Shown here: one piece after another, positions 1-11,239 of the stretch
Layout of the letters: every line of letters begins with the position of its first letter
Position numbering within the stretch: the stretch's first letter is position 1
From: Piromyces finnis finn
Lineage: Eukaryota > Fungi > Neocallimastigomycota
Assembly (NCBI GenBank): GCA_002104945.1
Contig: MCFH01000038.1
Location: 62,001 to 126,000 of the forward strand
Direction: 5' to 3'
Length of the DNA: 64,000 bases
The notes under the pieces: model-generated
What the model was told of the DNA's origin: nothing
What the model saw: only the letters and a program-made list of their open reading frames with translations
Database searches by the model: none
Made by a program: the position numbers and the translations under genes

Positions 1-217
1 TAACACTTTAAGTGAAATGGTTACAAAGTGTATAATTTTTGAAAATTCTCTTGTTACTAATAATAAATTAAATATCAATAATAATAATAATAATAAAAAT
101 CAACATTACAATAAGAGAAACAATAGGAAATTCAATAAGAATAAAACCCATTATCAAAATTCAAACAATAATAATAATTATGTCAATAAAGTTCAAAAAA
201 TGAACTCAAAAAACTAA
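1..217 (+). CDS. C-terminal part of Ty3/Gypsy gag (5'-truncated by window edge)
   Basis: Frame is open from the window start to TAA at 215-217. N/K-rich tail lies directly upstream of pol, which is in the -1 frame. Confidence 0.7.
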   Translation, partial: NTLSEMVTKCIIFENSLVTNNKLNINNNNNNKNQHYNKRNNRKFNKNKTHYQNSNNNNNYVNKVQKMNSKN

Positions 218-252
218 GAAATGAACTCTCAAGAGAGCCTAAGAGAGTTCAT
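208..252 (+). promoter_or_regulatory. -1 programmed ribosomal frameshift signal (A AAA AAC + hairpin)
   Basis: Heptamer A AAA AAC (208-214) is in the gag frame just before the stop. After a 6-nt spacer there is a 10-bp stem atgaactctc (221-230)/gagagttcat (243-252). The -1 frame is open from 208 into pol at 310. Confidence 0.8.
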
Positions 253-309
253 AATACAAAAATAATACATTACAACTTTCCTACATATGACTCTAAAATA
301 AATAAAAAA

Positions 310-3300
310 TTGCCTACAACATTTTTCAACTTAAAATTTTTTATCCCAATTAAATTAAACAAACTTTATGATTTAAAAAATTCAATTAATAAAAATCAAT
401 ACAATTTAATTTTAGATAGTGGCTCATATTGCAACTTTATTTCAATCAACTTGGTCAATAAATTAAAACTAAAACCACACAAATTATTACACTCAATTGA
501 AATAAATGGAATTAGTGGTTCAATATTTATTGATACATACACCTTCTTATATTTTAAGACTACTATCTATATTAATCATTCAAAATTTTTAATTACTTTT
601 AAAGAAAAATTTCTAATTATTAAAAATCTTCCAACAGATTTGTTATTAGGCAATAAATTTTTACACAAATATCAACTACATTTTAATTATAATAAAAATT
701 TTGTATATTCAAGTTTAAATTTTAACAATTTTAAAAAATTAAATTCTAATAAAATTATATATAAAATTAATAAAAACCGATTGAATAAATCCAAAAATTT
801 AAAAATTAAAACCATTAATCATAATAAATTAACTTCCAATACATCTTTTAATAATTTGAAAAATTACTCTAAACCAAAATATCAAAATTTCAGCTATAAT
901 TACTTTATTCACTCATTTTTAGCTAATAGTGAAAAAGATTATAATACTGATGATGAAGATGATAATGAAGAAGACTTCAAATTAGAAGAAGTACCAGAAC
1001 CATATCGTGATTTAGCGGAAGTTTTCAGCAAGGTTAAGGCTGATAAACTACCACCACATAGGCTAACGGATTGTAAAATCGTTTTACAAAAAGATGCTTC
1101 TTTACATTATGGTCCTATATATCCTCTATCTGAAGATGAATCCCAAGTTCTTAAAGAATACATAGATGAAAATCTCAAGAAAGGATTCATTAGACCATCT
1201 GAATCTCCAGCTGGTTATCCTGTTTTATTTCAGAAAAAGAAGGATGGATCGTTACGTCTTTGTATTGATTACAAAAAATTAAATGCAGTTACAATTCGCA
1301 ATTCTTACCCACTTCCTCTAATTACTGATATTATCGAAAGAGTGAAAGGTGCTAAATTTTTTTCAAAATTAGATCTTCGTTCTGCTTACAATTTAGTGCG
1401 TATTCGTGAAGGAGACGAATATAAGACAGCTTTTAGAACTAAATATGGTCACTATGAATATTTAGTAATGCCTTTTGGTCTAAGAAATGCCCCTGCTACA
1501 TTTCAATCATTTATTAATTCAGTATTACGCCCTTATTTAGAAAAATTTGTTATTTTATATTTAGATGATATTCTGATTTACTCGGAAACATTAGATGAAC
1601 ATATACAACATGTTCGTACTGTTCTCCAAACACTGCTCAAAAATAATTTATTTGCTAAATTAAAGAAATGTGAATTTCACAAGCCAGAAGTTGAATTTTT
1701 AGGACACGTTATATCAGGCAATGGTATATCTACTGATCCAAAGAAAATTAAATCTGTCCAAGAATGGCCTACACCTAATTGTGTAAAAGATGTTCAACGC
1801 TTTGTTGGATTATGCAACTATTATAGAAGATTTATAAAAGATTTTGCTACTATTGCTAAACCGCTTCACAATTTAACAAAGAAAAATACTAGTTTTAATT
1901 GGAATGATAAATGTAATAACTCATTTTTAGAATTAAAAAAGAGACTAATCTCTTCACCTATTTTATTACATCCAGATCCAACCAAACCATTTATTGTCGA
2001 ATGCGATGCTAGTAATTTTGCCATTGGTTGTATACTTTCTCAAAAGGATGAAGATAACAAATTACATCCTGTAGCATATTATTCAAGATGTTTAAACAAT
2101 GCTGAATTAAATTATTCAATTACTGAAAAGGAACTTTTAGCTATAAAATGTGCATTTTCTACCTGGAGACATTTATTACTAGGTGCTAAATACCAAGTAA
2201 CCGTTTTTACTGACCATAAAAACCTTCTATACACCTTAGGTGGTAAAGTCGGAAACCAACGTCAACATCGTTGGCATTTATTTTTCCAAGAATATAATTT
2301 TCAATTAATATACCGCCAAGGAAGAAAAAATGGTAAACCTGATAGTTTATCAAGAAGACCTGATTACGAGAAAAATAATGTTGAACCTAAACCAGAACAT
2401 ATATTAGATTATAAAAACGTTCCCGATACTCCATGTTTTGTTGGTATTGTTGGTTCTCTCATTGATCAAATAATAGAAAATTATAAGGATGATGAAAATG
2501 CGAATAATATTTATCTTTACTTTAGTCCTAATAATGCTAATCAAGGTTACTTTTACAGACCTTTCAGAAAAATGGAAAAATTTAAAATAAAAAATAATTT
2601 AATTTTATATAATAATTTAATTTATGTACCAGAAAAACTTCATGTAGATATTTTAACCAGGTACCATGATAACGCTACTGCTGGACATTTAGGTATTCGA
2701 AGAACTGAAGAACTAATTAACCGTAATTTTTGGTGGCCCAAAATGCATCAAGATATCGTAAATTTTGTCAATTCTTGCGAACAATGTTCCAGAAATAAAG
2801 TTAATAGACATAAAAGATATGATCTTTTAAGACCTTTAGAAATTCCTGATCGCCCTTGGAAATCTATTGAAATCGATTTTCTTTGTGGTCTCCCTGAATC
2901 AAAAAAGTTTTCCGTTATAATGGTTGTTGTAGATCGCTTTTCAAAAATGATTCACCTTATTCCGTTCAAAGAAATACCTACAGCTGAAGAAACTGCCAAA
3001 GCTTTCCTAAAAAATATTTTTAAACTCCATGGACTACCTACAGATATTTATACGGACAGAGGAACACAATTTACTAGTGCTTTATGGATAGAAATTATGG
3101 AAAAATTGCGTGTTAAGCCAAAAATAGCTACCACAGATCACCATGAGACCGTTGGTCAAGTAGAACGTTGTAACTCTTTCATTGAACAATATTTACGTTG
3201 CTATTCAAGAACATTTTTCCACGATGACTGGATTGAATGGTTACATCTAGCTGAATTTGTTTATAATAATACTGTTCATGAATCTACAAAACAAACTCCA

Positions 3301-3915
3301 TTTTTCATTAATTATGGATTCCACCCACCTATGGATGATGTCTTTTTGTTTCAAGGTTCTGATTCAAACTTTAAATACATTAAAGATGTTAGTAAAAATT
3401 TCCTTTTAGTTAAAGATGTTTTGCTTAGATCTCAAGATTTATACAAAAGAGCTGCCGATAAGAAAAGAATTATTGCTCCTGAATTGAATGAAGGACAAAA
3501 AGTTTGGATTCATGCACCTCCTGCTTTTGCTACTACTGAAAATGCCAAACTAGCGCCTCGTAAGTATGGTCCTTACAAGGTTTTAGAAGTTTTAAACAAT
3601 GGTAATTATAAAATAGATATTTCAAAATCACCTTTTCCAAAACACCACCCTGTATTTCACATATCGGAACTTGAACCTTATGTATCTACGCCAGATAAAT
3701 TTAAAAATAGATTTAAATATAAAGAAACTAATGCAGAAATTATAGAAATTGGTGACTTTAGGACAAATTATAAAGAAAAACGCTACGAATATAAAATTCG
3801 TTATAAACACCGCCTAAGTTGGCACTGGGTTCCTGCTACAGTAATAGAAAGTAACCCAAGATATCAAGAATTATTAATTCAATTCAATAAAAGTATTAGA
3901 AAACACAAAATCTAA
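310..3915 (+). CDS. Ty3/Gypsy Pol (PR-RT-RNaseH-IN-degenerate chromodomain)
   Basis: PR LILDSGS; RT motifs LCIDYKKLN, MPFGL, YLDD; RNase H ECDAS/TDHKNL; IN H-H-C-C finger and D,D-E core; GPY motif; C-terminal chromo-like segment YEYKIRYK..WHWVP. RT-before-IN order. Confidence 0.96.
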   Translation: MPTTFFNLKFFIPIKLNKLYDLKNSINKNQYNLILDSGSYCNFISINLVNKLKLKPHKLLHSIEINGISGSIFIDTYTFLYFKTTIYINHSKFLITFKEKFLIIKNLPTDLLLGNKFLHKYQLHFNYNKNFVYSSLNFNNFKKLNSNKIIYKINKNRLNKSKNLKIKTINHNKLTSNTSFNNLKNYSKPKYQNFSYNYFIHSFLANSEKDYNTDDEDDNEEDFKLEEVPEPYRDLAEVFSKVKADKLPPHRLTDCKIVLQKDASLHYGPIYPLSEDESQVLKEYIDENLKKGFIRPSESPAGYPVLFQKKKDGSLRLCIDYKKLNAVTIRNSYPLPLITDIIERVKGAKFFSKLDLRSAYNLVRIREGDEYKTAFRTKYGHYEYLVMPFGLRNAPATFQSFINSVLRPYLEKFVILYLDDILIYSETLDEHIQHVRTVLQTLLKNNLFAKLKKCEFHKPEVEFLGHVISGNGISTDPKKIKSVQEWPTPNCVKDVQRFVGLCNYYRRFIKDFATIAKPLHNLTKKNTSFNWNDKCNNSFLELKKRLISSPILLHPDPTKPFIVECDASNFAIGCILSQKDEDNKLHPVAYYSRCLNNAELNYSITEKELLAIKCAFSTWRHLLLGAKYQVTVFTDHKNLLYTLGGKVGNQRQHRWHLFFQEYNFQLIYRQGRKNGKPDSLSRRPDYEKNNVEPKPEHILDYKNVPDTPCFVGIVGSLIDQIIENYKDDENANNIYLYFSPNNANQGYFYRPFRKMEKFKIKNNLILYNNLIYVPEKLHVDILTRYHDNATAGHLGIRRTEELINRNFWWPKMHQDIVNFVNSCEQCSRNKVNRHKRYDLLRPLEIPDRPWKSIEIDFLCGLPESKKFSVIMVVVDRFSKMIHLIPFKEIPTAEETAKAFLKNIFKLHGLPTDIYTDRGTQFTSALWIEIMEKLRVKPKIATTDHHETVGQVERCNSFIEQYLRCYSRTFFHDDWIEWLHLAEFVYNNTVHESTKQTPFFINYGFHPPMDDVFLFQGSDSNFKYIKDVSKNFLLVKDVLLRSQDLYKRAADKKRIIAPELNEGQKVWIHAPPAFATTENAKLAPRKYGPYKVLEVLNNGNYKIDISKSPFPKHHPVFHISELEPYVSTPDKFKNRFKYKETNAEIIEIGDFRTNYKEKRYEYKIRYKHRLSWHWVPATVIESNPRYQELLIQFNKSIRKHKI

Positions 3916-4825
3916 TTCTTTAAATTGCATTTCAACAATTTTATTTTTTTAAAAATTTATTAATATCTTTCACTAACATTATGTTTTATTATAATTTGTA
4001 TTACTCATCTAATACATTTCAACACAAATTTCAAAAATTTTTTCTATGAATGTTAAATTTCAATTCAATAATTTTTGATCCAACAATTTTATCAATTTAT
4101 TTAATTTAAAACACAAAATTTTTATAATGAAAATTAAATATTTAAAGAGAATAATTTTCAATTTATTTTAGCAGTACAATTACAAATATTTATATGTTGT
4201 TAATGCTTATTTTATTCTCTATTCAATAGTATCAATTTCAATATTGTCACTATCTCGATCGATCATTAAAATCAATATTTTTCAGTGACATTTTTTCAAA
4301 AAGTTTAGTTCAAAATTTTTTTTGTATTTAATGAAAAAATTTTTTATTATTAAAAATTTTTCAAAAATTTCAAAAAATTTTTTTTTTCAAAATCATATTA
4401 ATTAAAGTTTATTTGATCAATTTTTGAAATTTCAATTATTTTAGCAAATGTTAACATTTTTCAAAAATAAAAAGTGTTTCAATATCCTAGGAATAATATT
4501 TCTTATTCAAATTTTAATTTTTCGTACGAATTTCAATTTTTTCACTCAATGATCAATTTAAATTTCAACATTTCTTTCAAAAATTTTATGAATTTGACTG
4601 AATGTTACACAAGAAAATGTTTTTTAATTTTATTTCATATATTGCAATATATTCAACATATTATATTAAATATATTCTTTATTTAGTTACCATTTTATTT
4701 CATGTTACACATACAACTATATATTGGTTTATATTTAATATATACTACTTCAATTTATTTCAATTATACTTTATTATACAACTTTATTTTATATTATTTC
4801 AATCGCCTGGTATTCGATTTTTTTT

Positions 4826-4835
4826 GGCGGAGCGA
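4826..4835 (+). promoter_or_regulatory. Putative polypurine tract (ggcggagcga)
   Basis: Purine-rich block immediately before TG of the 3' LTR. Confidence 0.55.
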
Positions 4836-5867
4836 TGTCACGAATACTAGTGAAATTACAATTTCAAGATCACTTGGAATTGTGAAATCACTTATGAAAA
4901 TTCAAAATCAACAAATATTTTATTTTCAAATAAATTATAAAATTTTATTAAGAAATATTTAAAAATTTAGAAAAGGTTAAAATATGACCTTAACCCTTAA
5001 TAATTTTTATAATAAATAACTTTAACCCTTATCGTTAAAATGGAATAAGAAAAAACACGCGTATCTCCTCAACGAATGACGATTTTTGAATAAAAATATT
5101 TTGGTTATAATTAAGTTCGTTAGAAAGCCACGCTCGAGACAAACAACATATCTTAAAATCATGTCAATATCTCTGCTGGTTCACGAGATATTCCAATTTA
5201 AAGATATTTTGTTAGCAATGATTAATTGTTTATTCAGAGAATGATCACCCCTGATATATCAAACATAAATCATTCACTCAAAGTATAAAAAATTATTGTT
5301 TAATTAAATTAAAATTATTTTCCGGAACTAATTAACTTTATTTTATAATAATTATTTCAATAACATAATTTATAATCTTTGAACTAGAGGATTATAATTA
5401 TTAATATTATATTCAATGAATTATATTATAATTAAGAAATAATTAATATTATGAATATTATAAACAATAGTTATTTTTAATAATTAGGAATAAGTCTTAA
5501 GTTTAGTTTAAGTATTATAAAATATATTATGAATATAATCATGTATTGAAAAGTTATTTTATTATTAAATGTAAAATTACAAATAGTATAAATAGTTTAG
5601 AATAGTTTTATGAATTAAATCTTTGTAAAGATTATTATCTTATTAATACTTAATAAGTATTACTATTAAATAATCTTATTATTATATATATTCTTTAAAT
5701 AAAATAAAAAGGAATTATTTTAACTATAATACATAATTTAATTATTCATTTATAAATCAATTAAGATTATTTTAATAAAACATTTTTTTTCTAACCTAGT
5801 TATCTTTTAACCTTTTATTTAATTTAATATTTTAATATTAAATTATAAGTTTAGTAAAACTTTTACA
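4836..5867 (+). repeat. 3' LTR of the Gypsy element (~1032 bp, TGTCAC...TTTACA)
   Basis: TG...CA termini; near-identical to 5873-7045; followed by ATAAT. Confidence 0.88.
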
Positions 5868-5872
5868 ATAAT

Positions 5873-7045
5873 TGTCACGAATACTAGTGAAATTACAATT
5901 TCAAGATCACTTGGAATTGTGAAATCACTTATGAAAATTCAAAATCAACAAATATTTTATTTTCAAATAAATTATAAAATTTTATTAAGAAATATTTAAA
6001 AATTTAGAAAAGGTTAAAATATGACCTTAACCCTTAATAATTTTTATAATAAATAACTTTAACCCTTATCGTTAAAATGGAATAAGAAAAAACACGCGTA
6101 TCTCCTCAACGAATGACGATTTTTGAATAAAAATATTTTGGTTATAATTAAGTTCGTTAGAAAGCCACGCTCGAGACAAACAACATATCTAAAATCAGGT
6201 CAATATCTCTGCTGGTTCACGAGATATTCCAATTTAAAGATATTTTGTTAGCAATGATTAATTGTTTATTCAGAGAATGATCACCCCTGATATATCAAAC
6301 ATAAATCATTCACTCAAAGTATAAAAAATTATTGTTTAATTAAATTAAAATTATTTTCCGGAACTAATTAACTTTATTTTATAATAATTATTTCAATAAC
6401 ATAATTTATAATCTTTGAACTAGAGGATTATAATTATTAATATTATATTCAATGAATTATATTATAATTAAGAAATAATTAATATTATGAATATTATAAA
6501 CAATAGTTATTTTTTAATAATTAGGAATAAGTCTTAAGTTTAGTTTAAGTATTATAAAATATATTATGAATATAATCATGTATTGAAAAGTTGTTTTATT
6601 ATTAAATGTAAAATTACAAATAGTATAAATAGTTTAGAATAGTTTATGAAATTAAAATCTTTGTAAAGATTATTAACCAAAAATTATTAACCATAAATTA
6701 TTAAATTATTAACTATAAATTATTAACTATAAATTATTAACCAAAAATTATTAACTATAAATTATTAACTAAAGATTATTAACTATAGATTATTAACTAT
6801 TAATAATAATTAATACTTAATGAGTATTACTACTAAATAATCTTATTATTATATATTTTAGCAATATATCATTAAATAAAATAAAAGAAATTATTTTAAC
6901 CATAATATATAATTTAATTATTCATTTATAAATCAATTAAGATTATTTTAATAAAACATTTTTTTTTTCTAACCTAGTTATCTTTTAACCTTTTATTTAA
7001 TTTAATATTTTAATATTAAATTATAAGTTTAGTAAAACTTTTACA
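5873..7045 (+). mobile_element. Solo LTR of the same family, flanked by ATAAT target-site duplication
   Basis: Same sequence as 4836-5867 plus an internal tandem array; ATAAT at 5868-5872 and 7046-7050. Confidence 0.85.
6668..6800 (+). repeat. Tandem array of ~14-bp unit (aactataaattatt) inside the solo LTR
   Basis: About 9-10 imperfect copies; absent from the sister LTR. Confidence 0.8.
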
Positions 7046-7050
7046 ATAAT

Positions 7051-7729
7051 TGTGAAGATATTAACTGGATTTAAAACAAATTCAGATAATATCTATAATT
7101 AATTAAACATAATAATTAGAATTAAATAATCCCAATAATTATTTTAAAACACCTTTAAAAGTCACCTTTTAAATTTTGGTTCAGTGAAAGGGTTATGATT
7201 TCAAAAAATTTAATATCAATACACTATAACCCTTAACCAAAAATAAACAAACACGAAACAAGGTGTAACTCGCCAAAAACGATCGCTATGGCTATAAGTA
7301 CTACGGCTATGAAACCAGGTTTATTAGAAAGCTTAAGGAAAAAGCTACATTTTGGTACAATCGCGGTCCTTCTAACAGGCCATTTAAGGAAGATATAATC
7401 ATTCGAAGATTTTAATAAGTAAATTAAAATTAACATGATATCAAGTATGGATCATAGACATTTCTTATGACTTGACGAAAATTAAAAAGATATCAATAGA
7501 AATTCTAATTATATTAATTTAATTAATGATAGTGACTGTTACTAAAAATAGAACTAAACCATTTAGGTGTAACGGTTAACATTTATAAATTAAATAATTT
7601 TAATTATTATAAAATAGGTTAATGGATCAAGTGTTTAAATGATTAATCATATGTTTATTTTATTTTATGTCATGACAAAACAAACAAACAAACAAAAAAA
7701 CAATCTTATTATATTATTAACATATTACA
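7051..7729 (+). mobile_element. Putative solo LTR of a more distant family (TGTGAA...ATTACA)
   Basis: Starts with TG right after ATAAT and ends in CA; has a GC-richer core with short motifs shared with the 4836 LTR (ttagaaagc, aacacg). No second copy in the window. Confidence 0.35.
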
Positions 7730-8007
7730 TGTAATACTTTATTTTTATCAATTTAATAATCTGAACAAAGAATATAAAATAGAATGAATTGAATTCGATT
7801 TTAATTCTTTGTAAAGATTATAGTTATAATCTTAATTATATAGTTATTAAATATATTATCATTTATATTATTATTAATAAATAAATAAAATTTTATAAAA
7901 AAGTTATTCTAAAGAATAAATATTAATTTCTCATTTGGAAGTTTAAAGGGTTATTTTATATTTAAATTTAATTTCTTAAAAACATATTTACTATATAATT
8001 GATAACA
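7730..8007. mobile_element. Possible further LTR remnant (TGTAAT...ATAACA)
   Basis: TG...CA termini abutting the previous block; contains ctttgtaaagatta, also found in the 4836 LTR; followed by GC-rich ttctgacctggccgc (PBS- or PPT-like). Confidence 0.3.
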
Positions 8008-8129
8008 TTCTGACCTGGCCGCATAACCAAATCCAAAAACTTAACAATAATAATATTAAAACACAGATAGTTAAAAATTAAAATAATTAACTTGTATAAA
8101 ATTATTAAATTAAAAATTATAAATGTAAA

Positions 8130-8160
<31 letters not shown>

Positions 8161-8658
8161 TAAATTAAATAGCTTATATTTGTTTATAATTATACTTTAA
8201 AATAATAATTTTGTATAAATAGTGATAGAATCATTTTATTTTAAAATTGTTCCTAATAATCCAGTAAAATTAGATAATAATATTAAATTTTATTAAAATA
8301 ATAGTTGTGATTATATTTACATACATTCAAGATGTATTAAACCATAATATATATATATTTAATAATACAAGAGTTATTAAATATTAAAACTTTATAATTA
8401 TATAAAATAATTTTATATTTTAAACTAACAAAGACTTGCAAATGAACAAGTATAAAAATCATTCATTCTATTTTTATTTTCTTATTTATTTTTATTTATT
8501 AAATTTTAGATACAAATATTATCACTTTCTATATTCATTTATAGAATTAAGATAATATTTTTCTTCGTATCATTTTCATGTTAAGGAACCAACAAATAAT
8601 GTTATTCTTGTCATAATTAATGATTATGACCTAATCCATTATTGTTCCTAAATATATG

Positions 8659-8855
8659 AAAACTTTACAATATTCTTATTTGTAAATTAATGTATACACT
8701 TAAATAAAATTTAAGTTCAATAAAAATAATTATTAATAATTTTAAATATAATTTAAGTGTATACATTAATTTACAAATAAGAATATTGTAAAGTTTTATA
8801 TAAAATAAAATTTAAGTTCAATAAAAATAATTATTAATAATTTTAAATATAATTT
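8659..8855. repeat. Perfect ~47-bp inverted repeat with duplicated spacer
   Basis: Arms 8659-8705 and 8751-8797 are reverse complements; 8702-8754 recurs directly at 8803-8855. Confidence 0.85.
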
Positions 8856-9929
8856 TATTAAACTTAAAAATTAATTTAGTAATAATAATATATTGAAAAT
8901 TATAGTTTATTGAACTTTTAGTTTAATTTATCAAGTTAATGAATTTTTATTAATTAAAATTATGAATAATATTTCTGTAAAATAGTAAAATTCTTTAGTA
9001 AAATATATTTAAAGAAAAGTTTTAATGTATGTTAATCAATTTAATAATATGTATAAATATTTATTATAATAGTAATGTAATTTTATTATTCATTTAAAAG
9101 TAATTTAAATACTAAAATTAATGTAAATAATTAAAGACTAATTCTTTTAATTAACACTACTTAATTTTTTACAAAAAGTATAAAAAGGTGTATATTATAA
9201 GAATTAGAGAATATACAGATATTTTTATTTTTATTTTTATTTTATTTTATAATTTTATATTAATATCTTAATAAAACAATTTTTCTTATTTCATTTTAAT
9301 ATTATTTTTGAGTATTAATAAATTTATTAATATTTTATAAATAAAAGTAAATTCCTCGAACCGTAACATTCATGATACAAGATGCATAGAAAAATATAAT
9401 ATTTTAAATATTTTATGAATAATATCTAATCCTTTTATAAATTGTATATCAATTACTAGTGTTAATAATAATTAAACTATATTAGTATAAATTATTATGA
9501 CGCAAATGTTACACATATATTAGAATAATTAATTACACAAGAAATGAAAAGATATAAAAATAGTGATAAAGAACAAGATATAAAAAAGGAGAGAAAACTT
9601 TTCGTTTATAAATAATATTTGATATTTTAGTTTTAAGTATAAGTTCTATTTTATTTTATTTTAGTTACAGTTTATTTTAGTTTAGTTTTAGGTCACTAAT
9701 TACGTATTTAGTATTTATTATATTTAATTCAGTTTAAAATATTAATTATAAAAGAAAAGAATATTTATTGTTTATTTTTTTTATTATTTCAGAAAAGTTA
9801 TATTTTATTATTAATAGTAATTTTATCGACATATTTTTATATTTACATTTTATATTCAACTATTTATATTTATTAAATAATAACTTTCGATTCTACTAGT
9901 ATTGAATGTTATTAATCTTATAATCATAA

Positions 9930-10145
9930 TAATAATAATTAAATAAAGAAACTTTAAACCAAAATCTATTTAATTATATTATTATAAAATTTATTATTTT
10001 TACTATTTATTTTTATTATTTATTTTTATTATTATAAAATAGAAATAAATACAATATTATCTAATATATTATTCAACTATCATTCCCTATTGCTAACGTT
10101 CACAATTATATTTTATTTATGGTGTCTTTGAAATATATTGCATCA
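9930..10145 (+). repeat. Dispersed AT-rich repeat (copy 1; copy 2 at ~14170-14352)
   Basis: Shared sequence aaataaagaaa..aaaccaaaatct..ataaaatagaaat..attcaactat..ccctattg..gaaatatattg.atcatt. Confidence 0.6.
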
Positions 10146-10149
10146 TTCC

Positions 10150-10688
10150 TGATACATGACTAAATTATTTAGTTAAAAATATTAAATTTATATAGTTAAA
10201 ATTAAGGGTTAGCAATTATTTAAGAAAAATAATAGTTATTAAATAACCAATAAAATATCATATAAAAGTAACAAAGATTCACTTTTATTAAAAAGAAAGG
10301 CGTTCTTTTACAAAATATAATTAATTATTGAGAATTTTTATAGTTATTTTAACTTAAAATATTTTTATGTTAAAATATATAAATATATTTAAAATTATTT
10401 TTATTAATAAAATAAAAGAGAAAGTTATAAATAAGATTTTTATGTTTATTTCCTTTTTTTTTATATTCAAATATTTGGAGTATAAATTGTTGAAAATAAT
10501 AAAATATAATAAAACAAAATAATTAATAACACTAAAATATAATTATTAGTTATAAGATAAATACATATACAAATAATACTTTCTCATTCTTTTATTAGAA
10601 TATATTATTTTGTATAATTCCCTTTTGTTCAATTCCTGGAAATAAAATAAATAATTAAATTTATGGTATTATTAAATAATATGTACCA
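10150..10688 (+). mobile_element. Solo LTR 'X' (TGATAC...GTACCA), 4-bp TSD ttcc/ttct
   Basis: Reverse-complement homolog of 43209-43237 + 49231-49769; homology stops at TG/CA termini in both copies. Confidence 0.72.
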
Positions 10689-10745
10689 TTCTGATAAATA
10701 ATGAAATTAATAAATATAAAATTATTATTAAACCTGATTTTTAAG

Positions 10746-10776
<31 letters not shown>

Positions 10777-11239
10777 CTTCCATATATCCTCATCTAACCC
10801 CCCTGAGTTATATATGGTATGTGATTGTACATTATTGTACATTGCCATATCAGAACGACGTCGGCACAATCATCCCTCTGGGCAGGGCTAATATGGAATG
10901 GCTTATTGCTCTTAACGATCCTATCACACAAAGACCGAGCTACCAACACCAGTGATCTCCTGAACCTTTATTGGCGAAGGATGATTAACGATGAGAACAA
11001 CCCTCAAAGACCATAGTTAGTAATCTGTGAATTAATTGATACCCCTTCCTACATATACTCTAAACTTCAGTGGGAAAACCGCTTGATACGGAGAAAACTA
11101 CCAATCTGAATTAACTGCTTAGGGTAGAGTCCGGTGGTATAGTTATACTTACCTGAATTGACCTTTAACCCCTATACTTTAAGCGCAAACCTGAAACAGG
11201 AAAATCGCTAAAGAACTGTCAATGGCGGGGGTCGAACCA
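10746..11239 (-). mobile_element. SINE-like non-LTR retroposon, family B
   Basis: Poly(T) at 10746-10773 (poly-A tail on minus); TSD ctgatttttaagtt at 10734-10747 and 11240-11253; B-box GGTTCGACCCC at its 5' end; GC-richer non-coding body. Confidence 0.8.

Larger units (their letters stand above)
1..5867 (+). mobile_element. Ty3/Gypsy (chromovirus-like) LTR retrotransposon, 3' portion
   Basis: gag-pol ORFs, ~0.9 kb 3' UTR, purine-rich tract 4826-4835, then a TG...CA LTR. Confidence 0.92.

Noticed and set aside
8008-8030. 5S rRNA fragment (ggttatgcggcca on minus strand)
   Set aside because: Only a few bases resemble the 5S 5' end; nothing else matches.
11145-11155. U1 snRNA gene or U1-derived SINE (ATACTTACCTG on plus strand)
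   Set aside because: The sequence after the 11-mer shows no U1 stem-loops or Sm site, and the poly(A)/B-box polarity puts the element on the opposite strand.
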